The notes beneath the pieces are model-generated. The model searched no databases. It saw nothing but the letters and a program-made list of their open reading frames with translations, and had not been told where the DNA came from. Of a stretch of 64,000 nucleotides of DNA, positions 8,097 through 16,516 are shown in pieces. Position 1 is the first letter of the stretch. Each line of letters opens with the position of its first letter. This stretch comes from Isosphaeraceae bacterium (GTDB lineage: Bacteria; Planctomycetota; Planctomycetia; Isosphaerales; Isosphaeraceae). The DNA is taken from the NCBI GenBank assembly GCA_025356475.1, contig JANXSX010000158.1, positions 3,882 through 67,881 of the forward strand. The letters run 5' to 3'. The translations under genes were made by a program, and so were the position numbers.

Positions 8097-9369
8097 GTTG
8101 GTTTCTCGTTTCCTCGCTCACACTTCGTCATTCTTGGGAGTTTCGACGTTGACCCCGCTCCTTCAGCCGACCTCTCTTGTCGCAGTTCCATGGTTTCAAT
8201 GGATCCTTGTGATTCTCGTTGTGTTCATCGGGATTTTCCCAGGAATTGTCGCCTACATGGTTTGGGCTGAGCGGAAAATCGCTGCACGGTTCCAGGACAG
8301 AATTGGACCTAACCGGGTCGGACCGTTGGGACTACTGCAACCAATCGCTGATGCAATCAAGTTGATTACCAAAGAGAATATCGTCCCCAAGACTGCGGAT
8401 CACTTTGTCCACTTGCTCGCTCCTGTCATCATGCTTGTCTCGGCGTTTCTAGTTCTAGCAGTTATCCCCTTCGGTGTCGGTCTCGCACCGATCAATCCTC
8501 CTTCTGGACTCTTATACTTAGTCGCGGTTTCGAGCATGTCATCGCTTGGCATTTTTCTCGCAGGCTGGTCCAGCCGCAACAAATATTCCCTCCTCGGTGC
8601 GATGCGAGCAGTCGCACAACTCGTCTCTTATGAAATTCCTCAGGTGCTCTCGACTGTTCCGATCGTGCTGTGGTCCGGAAGTTTGAGCATGGTGACGATC
8701 TTTCATCAACAACTCGAATACGGTTGGTTCATTTTCTCTCCGCCTGGCTTTCTCGCGTTCGTCACAATGTTGATCGCCAATATTGCGGAAGTGAATCGGG
8801 CACCCTTCGACCTTCCCGAAGCGGAGTCTGAGATTATTGCCGGGTATCACACAGAATACTCGGGCATGCGATTCGGGCTTTTCTTTCTGGCAGAATATTT
8901 GAGTGTGTTTGGCGTCAGTTGCATTGCTACCGCGTTGTTCTTGGGTGGTGGGTCGCTGCCGTTCACAGACTTTCCAATGGGCCTTGTCAACCTCGATCTC
9001 TGGTCAGGTTGGTTGATCGTCAATACCGTATTCGTCAGCGTTTTCATGTTGAAGGTGTTTTTCTTCGTCTTCCTGATGTTCTGGGTGAGGGCGACCCTGC
9101 CTCGGATTCGAGTCGATCGGCTCATGAATTTCTCTTGGAAGGTTCTTGTTCCTCTATCGATCTTCAACATTATCGCCGCAGCGATCTGGTACGAATGCGT
9201 ATTCCGTCGCGAAGCCAACTACTTACTGGGCTGGGCGATCACTGGGCCATTGGTCCTATTCGCAGTCTGGCTCACCCTGTTCCTAAATCAGATCGGACGG
9301 ATGAAGGCAGAACGCGACGCCCGTCCTGATCCTATCCGCGTTGGACTGGGTGACTTTCGGGTGGTTTGA
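8062..9369 (+). CDS. nuoH: NADH-quinone oxidoreductase subunit H (start uncertain)
   Basis: NuoH signatures are AERKIAARFQDRIGPNRVGPLGLLQPIADAIKLITKE, APFDLPEAESEIIAGYHTEYSG and MRFGLFFLAEY. The ATG at 8062 overlaps nuoA by 35 nt. An in-frame TTG at 8098, or later TTG codons, may be the real start. Confidence 0.9.
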   Translation: MLGPKVCSGGSELVSRFLAHTSSFLGVSTLTPLLQPTSLVAVPWFQWILVILVVFIGIFPGIVAYMVWAERKIAARFQDRIGPNRVGPLGLLQPIADAIKLITKENIVPKTADHFVHLLAPVIMLVSAFLVLAVIPFGVGLAPINPPSGLLYLVAVSSMSSLGIFLAGWSSRNKYSLLGAMRAVAQLVSYEIPQVLSTVPIVLWSGSLSMVTIFHQQLEYGWFIFSPPGFLAFVTMLIANIAEVNRAPFDLPEAESEIIAGYHTEYSGMRFGLFFLAEYLSVFGVSCIATALFLGGGSLPFTDFPMGLVNLDLWSGWLIVNTVFVSVFMLKVFFFVFLMFWVRATLPRIRVDRLMNFSWKVLVPLSIFNIIAAAIWYECVFRREANYLLGWAITGPLVLFAVWLTLFLNQIGRMKAERDARPDPIRVGLGDFRVV

Positions 9370-9428
9370 TGATCATCCGTGGTGGTTCTTGATCGATCTG
9401 TTCCCTGGCTTCTTGGTCGGAGATAGTC

Positions 9429-10082
9429 GTGCTGCCAGCCCTTTTTTTGCTCATCGCCGCGCTTGGAGTCCTGTCCGCTCTCGGAGTGGTTCTGGCTCGT
9501 AACCTTGTCCATGCCGCGCTCTATCTCGTCGCGTTTTTTTTCCTGGTCGCCTGTTTATTCCTCCTGCTTGAGGCGGAATTCATGGCGGCGATGCAGGTTC
9601 TCATATATATCGGAGCGGTCGCAATTTTGTTGATGTTCGGGATCATGTTGACTCGAAACATTCAAGGAGATGATACGACGATCGCTCGTGGGGCTGCGTT
9701 GATCCCAGGAGGAATCGTTGCCGCTGGACTGATCTTCGTCCTCTGTCTGGGAATTCAAGAGCATCGAGGTACGAAGGCCCGTCCCGCCTGGTCGTCAATT
9801 CAGTCACGTCCTGCCCCTGTTGATACACCTGCCGCCCCCGGATACGGTCGCAGCCTTGCAATCAATGAAATGGGACGATGGGTCGGAATTGAGATGATGA
9901 CCCGGTTCTTGATCCCCTTTGAGGTTGCTGGCCTTTTGTTAACGGCGGCACTTGTGGGTGCAATTTCGCTGGCGCGTAGTGACCGGACCGACACCCTGAG
10001 TCGTTCAGGGCCGATTGAGACCGTGGAAGCTGGGTCGTCAGGCCTCAGTGAAGAAGTGATGCTGACCGGAGCTAAACGATGA
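9429..10082 (+). CDS. nuoJ: NADH-quinone oxidoreductase subunit J
   Basis: It has a GTG start. The NuoJ-like N-terminal half reads ARNLVHAALYLVAFFFLVACLFLLLEAEFMAAMQVLIYIGAVAILLMFGIM, with PFEVAGLLLTAALVGAI further on. Confidence 0.88.
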   Translation: MLPALFLLIAALGVLSALGVVLARNLVHAALYLVAFFFLVACLFLLLEAEFMAAMQVLIYIGAVAILLMFGIMLTRNIQGDDTTIARGAALIPGGIVAAGLIFVLCLGIQEHRGTKARPAWSSIQSRPAPVDTPAAPGYGRSLAINEMGRWVGIEMMTRFLIPFEVAGLLLTAALVGAISLARSDRTDTLSRSGPIETVEAGSSGLSEEVMLTGAKR

Positions 10083-10417
10083 TCGCACCTGGTTACGACA
10101 TTCCCCTGAGCTGGTTCCTCTACTTTACCGCGATCGTCTTCGGTATCGGGCTGTTCGGCGTCTTGATTCGCCGGAATGCGATCGCTGTGTTAATGGCGAT
10201 TGAAATTATGCTCAATGCGGCGAATATCAACTTGATCGCGTTTTGGCGATACACTCCGGGGGCACCTGGTGAAGGGCCTCTCACAGGAGTCATGATGGCC
10301 ATTTTTGTGATCACCATCGCTGCCGCTGAGGTTGCTGTTGGGATCGGCCTGATCCTGCTCTGTTATCGGCGCTGGCAATCTGCTGACGTTGATCGCCTCG
10401 ATACTTTGAGTCACTGA
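10079..10417 (+). CDS. nuoK: NADH-quinone oxidoreductase subunit K
   Basis: At 112 aa with three TM helices, it contains MAIEIMLNAANINLIAF and AAAEVAVGIGLIL. The start overlaps the nuoJ stop (ATGA). Confidence 0.9.
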   Translation: MIAPGYDIPLSWFLYFTAIVFGIGLFGVLIRRNAIAVLMAIEIMLNAANINLIAFWRYTPGAPGEGPLTGVMMAIFVITIAAAEVAVGIGLILLCYRRWQSADVDRLDTLSH

Positions 10418-10466
10418 TCGATCCGACCCACGGCAGAGATTTGCCACGCTCCCGAGGCCCGCGCTG

Positions 10467-12161
10467 ATGTCGCCCACGCTTATTCCGAATATGCCTAGCC
10501 CCCACGAATTACTTGCCCTTCTTCCCGCCATGATTTTGGCGGTTTGGGGCCTTGTGGTGCTGATTGTCGACTTTGGTGTGCTTCGAAGGTCGTCGAGCGA
10601 CCGTCGCCAGAACTTTTTAGGCATCCTCACACTGTTCGGTGTCTTAGTGGCGATGGCTTGCTCGGTCGTACCGATCCTCCATCGAGCGTCCCCGGACCAG
10701 TTCCCTGGCGTCCTGAATGTCAATTCGAGCGAGCCTGACCTCCTGGTTTTCTTCGGGACGATTGCTTCTGACAGTTTGACTGAGTGGGTCAACTTTATCC
10801 TTTTAGGATTGCTCGCTCTGACAGTTGGTTTGTCCTTAAGCTACCACTTCACCGACCAGTGGGGCGAATATTTTGCCCTGATCTTGTGGGCAAGTGTCGG
10901 GATGATGCTGCTTGCGGCCTCAGAGGAGCTACTGACTCTGTTCCTAACGCTCGAAACCATGACGATCTGCTTGTACCTCGCAACTGCGATCGAGAAGGAT
11001 CGAAAGCGTTCCGCAGAAGGGGGCTTGAAGTACTTCGTCTACGGATCGGTCTCGTCGGCGATGTTTCTCTTTGGTTTGAGCCTGGTCTACGGGCTTACAG
11101 GTTCGACGCGACTCGAAGCCATCCAAGTGGCACTCTCAGGATCGGGCACTGTCCTTACCGGGCTTGAAGGCAACGTAGCGGCTGCAGCGGCTGTCCTTCT
11201 GGTCCTCGTCGGTTTTGGGTTTAAGATTGCCGCCGTGCCCTTTCATCAATGGGCACCGGACGCGTATGAGGGAGCCCCCGCCCCCGTCACAGCGTGGGTT
11301 GCGACTGGCTCAAAAATCGCGAGTTTCGTTGCCTTGATCAAAGTTCTCGTCTACGGGTTGGGGACTTGGTCCAGTGAGCCTGGCACGGTTACAGGTCCTG
11401 GCTGGATTGGGATTGTGGCTGTAATCTCGGCCGTTACCATGACTTATGGTAATTTCGCAGCCCTCGCTCAGAAGAATTTCAAACGCATGTTGGCATATTC
11501 TTCAATTGCCCATGCGGGCTATATGTTAGTCGGGGTGCTTGCTGCCAGTGTCTCCACCCATCCCAACGAGGCGGCAGGTACGGTTCTCTTCTATCTTGTT
11601 GTTTATTCGTTCACAAATGTGGGTGCATTTGCCGTCGCAGCTTGGATTGTCCGTGATCGGGGAACCGACGAGATTGCCGACCTCAACGGCCTAGGTCACA
11701 CGTATCCGGGTATGGCGGTCTGTATCGTGCTCTTGATGCTTTCCTTGATTGGGATGCCCCCACTTGGTGGATTTTTTGCCAAGATTGCGATGTTTGCTGA
11801 AGCGATGAACAACGAGAGTTCGCGGGGTCAAGTCGTTCTAACTTGGCTGGTAGCGATCGGTCTCTTCAACAGCGTCGTTTCCGCCTTCTATTACGTTCGC
11901 GTTCTTAAAGCCATGTTCTTGAGAGACGTCCCCGAAGGCGTTCAGCCCCTCGGCCAACCTGGTCGTGCGATCAGTATCCCCATCGTTCTGGGTACTCTCG
12001 TTGCTCTTGGGACTGGGATTTATCCTTCGATCCTACAAAGTAATATGCAGGGTGCCGCAGTCCATATGCTCCATCCGGGTAAGCTGGAAACGAAAACAAC
12101 ATCCTCGTCAGCTCTGCAGTTGGTTGTACCGGCTCAGGTGGCTTTGACCCCGAAGTCTTAA
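10467..12161 (+). CDS. nuoN: NADH-quinone oxidoreductase subunit N (antiporter-like), follows nuoK directly
   Basis: It aligns from memory to E. coli NuoN: LLALLPAMIL; FLTLETMTICLYL...GGLKYFVYGSVSSAMFLFGLSLVYGLTGS; GFGFKIAAVPFHQWAPDAYEGAPAPVTAWVATGSKIA; KRMLAYSSIAHAGYMLVG. Confidence 0.88.
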   Translation: MSPTLIPNMPSPHELLALLPAMILAVWGLVVLIVDFGVLRRSSSDRRQNFLGILTLFGVLVAMACSVVPILHRASPDQFPGVLNVNSSEPDLLVFFGTIASDSLTEWVNFILLGLLALTVGLSLSYHFTDQWGEYFALILWASVGMMLLAASEELLTLFLTLETMTICLYLATAIEKDRKRSAEGGLKYFVYGSVSSAMFLFGLSLVYGLTGSTRLEAIQVALSGSGTVLTGLEGNVAAAAAVLLVLVGFGFKIAAVPFHQWAPDAYEGAPAPVTAWVATGSKIASFVALIKVLVYGLGTWSSEPGTVTGPGWIGIVAVISAVTMTYGNFAALAQKNFKRMLAYSSIAHAGYMLVGVLAASVSTHPNEAAGTVLFYLVVYSFTNVGAFAVAAWIVRDRGTDEIADLNGLGHTYPGMAVCIVLLMLSLIGMPPLGGFFAKIAMFAEAMNNESSRGQVVLTWLVAIGLFNSVVSAFYYVRVLKAMFLRDVPEGVQPLGQPGRAISIPIVLGTLVALGTGIYPSILQSNMQGAAVHMLHPGKLETKTTSSSALQLVVPAQVALTPKS

Positions 12162-12222
12162 TTGATTCGATCGACTGAAGAACAGCACCGCAATCACCGC
12201 ACGCGAGAGCGAGTCGACGCCG

Positions 12223-12633
12223 ATGGCGATCATCAACACCTTTCAGAAATGCCTCGATAGTCCCTATCTGTCCGAGGACAAGGACGCACCGGCTCAGGTC
12301 GGCAGTCTCCTCGCAAAAGCGGGTGATCGCCTTGAAGCCGCCAATAACATCTTTACAAGCGGCCAAGCTGATCTCGCGGATGTGAACTTCCTCGGTTACG
12401 AAGCAATGTTCTGCTGCGTTCGAGCGCTTGTTTATAACAAGGGATATCGCGAGATGGGCCTGAGGTGCCTTCTTCTTGCCGCTGAGAATCTTTACGTGAA
12501 GACCGGCAAGCTCGATGTCACGCATCTCCACGCTTTCGAGCGTGCCCAAGGCCTGAAGCTCAAACCCGAGGAAGTGATTGCGAGCGCTTCAGCGTTTGTG
12601 AAGCGGACTCTCGAGCTTATCGGCGAAGGTTGA
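12223..12633 (+). CDS. Hypothetical helical protein, tentatively HEPN-like
   Basis: This is a 136-aa ORF. The pattern LGYEAMFCCVRALVYNKGYRE...H...ASASAFVKRTLELI resembles four-helix HEPN-type proteins. I saw no clear Rx4-6H motif. Confidence 0.45.
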   Translation: MAIINTFQKCLDSPYLSEDKDAPAQVGSLLAKAGDRLEAANNIFTSGQADLADVNFLGYEAMFCCVRALVYNKGYREMGLRCLLLAAENLYVKTGKLDVTHLHAFERAQGLKLKPEEVIASASAFVKRTLELIGEG

Positions 12634-12641
12634 TTCCGCAA

Positions 12642-14009
12642 TCATGGGTTGGTTCGGCTCATCAACTCACCCACGGACTTGATGATTTTCTCTTCGATAC
12701 CGGCAGCCCAGGGCGCGGGCAGACCGTAGTAGAGCATGGCTCCTCCTCCTTCGTAACCACCCTCTTTGCGGATGCGTTCTGAGGGGATGTATGACATCAC
12801 GTCATTACAGTAGGCAGAGACCCAAGTGTTCGAGCCCAGATTCCGTTTGAGCCTCAGGGAGAAGTCCACAACGACCTCCCCACCGAGAAAGATCCAGGTC
12901 AGCTCGTCGAGCCTCCAAACCTGGACGGGGTAGGGGTAGGTCTGGTCAAGTTTCCCTTGGACGGTGAGCTTCTTCTGCAAGGACTTGGCTCGACTTGATA
13001 CATAGAAATCCTTTGAGAGTGCATCGGTGTCAACTTGCGCCTGTGAGGGCAATTTGTCGAAAAGAACATCCGTTTCCTGATCGGCTGTGCGCATCGAGCC
13101 TTTGATTGATCGCATCGGTTGTAATAGAACTTGTTCAATTGATCCTGCCAATTGTTTGCCGTACAGTTCGGCAAGCTCGGGCCTTCGGCGTGGAGTTGGG
13201 TTCTGATCGGCCCCACATCCGGCGACAAAGAGTGCGGTCGCTCCAGGGTGCGTTTTCTCGAGCTCGATCTGGGCGTGACCGGCGTAGTCACCCGAGAACT
13301 TCTGGCCGTCCAGGACTGTACAGTGGCAGGCATAACCACCAACGACTGCCCGAAGCCTGCCTGACGGGGAATTCACGCGGAGCACAGGTACGTCATGGTC
13401 GACGGGGCCTTCGAGCGAAATGGACTGGCGAAGAGCGGGGACGTCGGCCTCTTTGTTGGCGCGTCGATTGACCGCGAAATGCGCCCGCCCGACGCCCCAT
13501 GATATCTCTGCGGGTGCGAGATCGGCGACTCCCTGCGTGACCGCCTCCAAGATCAGGCCGCCGAGCGCCGCAGCATAGGCATCGACCTTCGCACGTTCCG
13601 CCTCGTCGAGTCTGTACATAGTAATCAGATTGCCACCGACAACTGGACCGCTATGAGTGTGGGAACAGGCGAGTACCACCCGGTCATGGGTGGTACCATT
13701 TTGTGTGGCGATCTTCGACCGGATCGGCTCCGCAAGGTCTCGGCCAATCCCACACAAGTCGAGTGTTACGAGGATTGCCTTCTTGCCGCTCGGGTCTTCG
13801 AGGATCAGAGCTTTTGCCCATAGGTCATGAACAAGCCCTTCGCTCGGCTTGGTGCGAGCACCGTAACCAGCCATCCACATCGAGGTTTTCGGGGTGATCA
13901 CCACCTTGCCGATCCCGGCCTTCCACTCTGAGGCTTGCGACGGGATGGCTGCCGTGAGAATCAGTGTGATGAGTAACAAGCAGATTCGGTTGCGAACTGG
14001 CATTCTCAT
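12642..14009 (-). CDS. Secreted neutral/alkaline ceramidase-like hydrolase
   Basis: It has an N-terminal signal peptide (ICLLLITLILTAAIPSQA). The stretches GKVVITPKTSMWMAGYGARTKPSEGLVHDLWAKALILEDPSGKKAILVTLDLCGI and CSHTHSGP resemble the ceramidase N-terminal domain, from memory. Confidence 0.55.
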   Translation of the reverse strand: MRMPVRNRICLLLITLILTAAIPSQASEWKAGIGKVVITPKTSMWMAGYGARTKPSEGLVHDLWAKALILEDPSGKKAILVTLDLCGIGRDLAEPIRSKIATQNGTTHDRVVLACSHTHSGPVVGGNLITMYRLDEAERAKVDAYAAALGGLILEAVTQGVADLAPAEISWGVGRAHFAVNRRANKEADVPALRQSISLEGPVDHDVPVLRVNSPSGRLRAVVGGYACHCTVLDGQKFSGDYAGHAQIELEKTHPGATALFVAGCGADQNPTPRRRPELAELYGKQLAGSIEQVLLQPMRSIKGSMRTADQETDVLFDKLPSQAQVDTDALSKDFYVSSRAKSLQKKLTVQGKLDQTYPYPVQVWRLDELTWIFLGGEVVVDFSLRLKRNLGSNTWVSAYCNDVMSYIPSERIRKEGGYEGGGAMLYYGLPAPWAAGIEEKIIKSVGELMSRTNP

Positions 14010-14029
14010 TTACTCCTTGCGAAGGGACT

Positions 14030-15445
14030 TCAACCACCACCAATGGTTGAGATCATTTGAATATAGGGCAAGATCACCGCCAGGATAATGAACAAGACGA
14101 TCAGGCCCATCAGAATCATCAGGAAGGGTTGGATCAGACTCCCCAGGTTGCGAATTGTGAATGCAACCCGTTCCTCGTAATCATCACCGAGTTTCTCGAG
14201 CGTCTCGGGCAATTTTCCTGTTTCCTCACCCGACTCGATGATGGCAATTACGTCGGAGGGGAACCGATGAGTATTGGCGAGGGCGACGCTCAGTTCACCG
14301 CCATCCATCACCGAACGCTTGGCGGATCGCACGGCATTTTGGAGCGGAACGAGGTGCAGGGTGTCAGCGGTCAGATCTAGAGATTCGTTGAAATTGACTC
14401 CACTTCCGATGAGTGATGAGAGAGTTCGCGCGAACCGACAGATATCAATTTGCTTGGCGAGTGAGCCAAATACGGGAACGTAGAGGACGGCCGAGTCGAG
14501 CACCGCCTTGCCTGGCTTGGTTCGATAGAATCTCAGAAGGAGGAATGGCCCGCCAAACAACGCAAGAGGAACAGCCCAGTAGCCCATGGTGCGCATGAAC
14601 CTGGAAATCATCATTAATATTTGACTGGGGAGGGGTAAATCACCACCGTTTCGTCCCGCAAAATCTTTCAGCAGATCGGCGAACGTTGGTAGAACAAACA
14701 TGGTGATCAATGCGACCACGCAGGCTGCAATAAACAGGACGATCACGGGATAGATCAATGCGGACCTTGCCTGGCGGATCAGGCTTTGGCGGTTCTCGTA
14801 GTTCTTAGCAAGTCCCCGGAGCGTCTCGGGTACTCCTCCTCGTGCCTCGGCGACTTTCATCATACTCAGGAATTGGGGGTCAAAGACCTGCGGTTCATGG
14901 GAAAGTGCTTCAGCGAGATGATCGCCTTGTTTAATCGCGACCAAGACGCGGCCGATCGCGGGGCCGAGCCCTGTTCGTGAGTATTGCTTCTCTAGGCTCG
15001 TGAGAGTCTTGAGGATGTCGACACCCGCGTCGAGATAGGCAGCGAACTGTCGGCAGAATTGGCCGAGTTGCCCCGAGCTGACCGAGCCAAACAGAATCTT
15101 CTCGAACCACCCTGGCCCCTTGCCAACCACGACTTTGGGCTCGTCCATGTTCCGACCGGTCGTTCGACCCTCTTCCGTCTTGGTCCCCTTCGCGACCGGC
15201 TTCCAAGTTGTTGCGGCCTCGCCAACGCCTGTGTCGGGATTAGTCTTTCGTTTCACAGAACCGCCGGCCGGGGCGCGAGGAGGAAGAGGCAGGTCATCGT
15301 CGTAGAATTCGGTCGTCATGGTCGGCTCCATCTCTCCCGCTCTTGTGTTCGAGTGTCTCTGACAATTATCGTAACCCCCATCGTCGATGGCAACGAGGAC
15401 GGATTGAGTTTGAGAGGAATCCCCTATGATGGAAGTGCTCATCAT
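14030..15445 (-). CDS. Type II secretion / type IV pilus platform protein (GspF/PilC family) with N-terminal extension
   Basis: Two T2SS-F repeats are present. The first is FCRQFAAYLDAGVDILKTLTSL...ALIYPVIVLFIAACVVALITMFVLPTFADLL. The second is FARTLSSLIGSGVNFNESL...GEETGKLPETLEKLGDDYEE...LIQPFLMILMGLIVLFIILAVILP. The start is uncertain: 15445 overlaps the divergent neighbour, and the alternative ATG is at 15331 (MEPTMTTEF). Confidence 0.85.
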   Translation of the reverse strand: MMSTSIIGDSSQTQSVLVAIDDGGYDNCQRHSNTRAGEMEPTMTTEFYDDDLPLPPRAPAGGSVKRKTNPDTGVGEAATTWKPVAKGTKTEEGRTTGRNMDEPKVVVGKGPGWFEKILFGSVSSGQLGQFCRQFAAYLDAGVDILKTLTSLEKQYSRTGLGPAIGRVLVAIKQGDHLAEALSHEPQVFDPQFLSMMKVAEARGGVPETLRGLAKNYENRQSLIRQARSALIYPVIVLFIAACVVALITMFVLPTFADLLKDFAGRNGGDLPLPSQILMMISRFMRTMGYWAVPLALFGGPFLLLRFYRTKPGKAVLDSAVLYVPVFGSLAKQIDICRFARTLSSLIGSGVNFNESLDLTADTLHLVPLQNAVRSAKRSVMDGGELSVALANTHRFPSDVIAIIESGEETGKLPETLEKLGDDYEERVAFTIRNLGSLIQPFLMILMGLIVLFIILAVILPYIQMISTIGGG

Positions 15446-16334
15446 GCTTGCGCTTTTCGATTTGGTCAGTAGCGATGTTCCCGCACGACGCCCAGTGGTG
15501 CTTCTGACCGATTGCGGATCATCGATCGATGATCAATGGGCGTTAACCCACCTCGCACTGGCCCCCGAAGTTGAGTTGAAAGGGATTGTCACAACGCATG
15601 CTCCTCAAAATGCAGGTAGTGAAATAACCGCTGAATCGGCTCGACAGGTTCTCTCGCAACTGCCTCAAACCGTAACCCGACCGCCGGTAATTCCAGGTTC
15701 GAGCCATCCCTTGGGAGGGACGATTGTTCCAGCGAACGATGAGATGGGGGCCGATTTCTTACTCAAACAGTCGAAACCATTTGGGACGAATCATCGACTG
15801 ATCGTAGCCCTCATTGGCCCAGCAACCGACCTGGCCTTAGCCCTCCAGCGGGATCCTACTGTTGCGGACCGAATTACCGTCATCGCGATGGCGTTCGACA
15901 AATGGCCCGAGGGCGGCGACCCGTGGAATGTCAAACTCGATGTTGAGGCCTGGCGCCTGCTTCTACAATCAGCAACGCCCTTGGTAGTGGGAGATGACGC
16001 TGTTTGCCGACGACACCTAAGCCTTAGCTCAAAGAGTGCTCATGAATTGTTCAAGACCAATAAGGACAAAGCCTCAAATCAATTGATCCATGATCTAGAT
16101 CATCGTCTGTCCACTGAGTCCATCGACACCTTTCCGATCTGGGATGAGGTCGTGACGGCATGGGTCCTGGGACTAACCTTAGTCGAAACCCACACACGTC
16201 CCAGACTCCGCACTGATCGAACCTTCGATCAGGAAGGCTCAGAGGGGCATTTAGACTGGATTACCAAGATCGATGAGGCGAAGCTGTGGGATCATCTTCG
16301 CAACAGGTTTGCGGTAAGAGGAGATGCTCCATGA
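15426..16334 (+). CDS. Inosine/uridine-preferring nucleoside hydrolase-like protein
   Basis: The N-terminal VVLLTDCGSSIDDQWALTHLAL resembles the DxDxxxDD Asp cluster of IUNH-family enzymes, and IALIGPATDLALAL also fits. The start is uncertain because of the 20-nt divergent overlap with the GspF ORF. Confidence 0.55.
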   Translation: MMEVLIMLALFDLVSSDVPARRPVVLLTDCGSSIDDQWALTHLALAPEVELKGIVTTHAPQNAGSEITAESARQVLSQLPQTVTRPPVIPGSSHPLGGTIVPANDEMGADFLLKQSKPFGTNHRLIVALIGPATDLALALQRDPTVADRITVIAMAFDKWPEGGDPWNVKLDVEAWRLLLQSATPLVVGDDAVCRRHLSLSSKSAHELFKTNKDKASNQLIHDLDHRLSTESIDTFPIWDEVVTAWVLGLTLVETHTRPRLRTDRTFDQEGSEGHLDWITKIDEAKLWDHLRNRFAVRGDAP

Positions 16335-16516
16335 GGTCCGATCTTACGACTCTCTCCCATCGCTAAATTCCAATCTGCTTATGGTACAGGCTCGCGGTTA
16401 GCAGGAATGTCTCCGCTAACCGGCGGTGTCTAGTGGCGAGGCGCTCCTTCGACTAAAATCGCTTTACATTCGAGATGTAGCTTCGTATCTCGGCCAATCC
16501 TTGCATCCGCCAACTC

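Noticed and set aside
10190-10792. 200-aa minus-strand ORF spanning the nuoK/nuoN junction
   Set aside because: It is antisense to two clearly identified nuo genes and has no motifs.
16395-16422. Perfect 8-bp hairpin (CGGTTAGC, 12-nt loop, GCTAACCG) downstream of the nucleoside-hydrolase-like gene
   Set aside because: The stem is short and no T-run follows it. That is not enough to call an intrinsic terminator.
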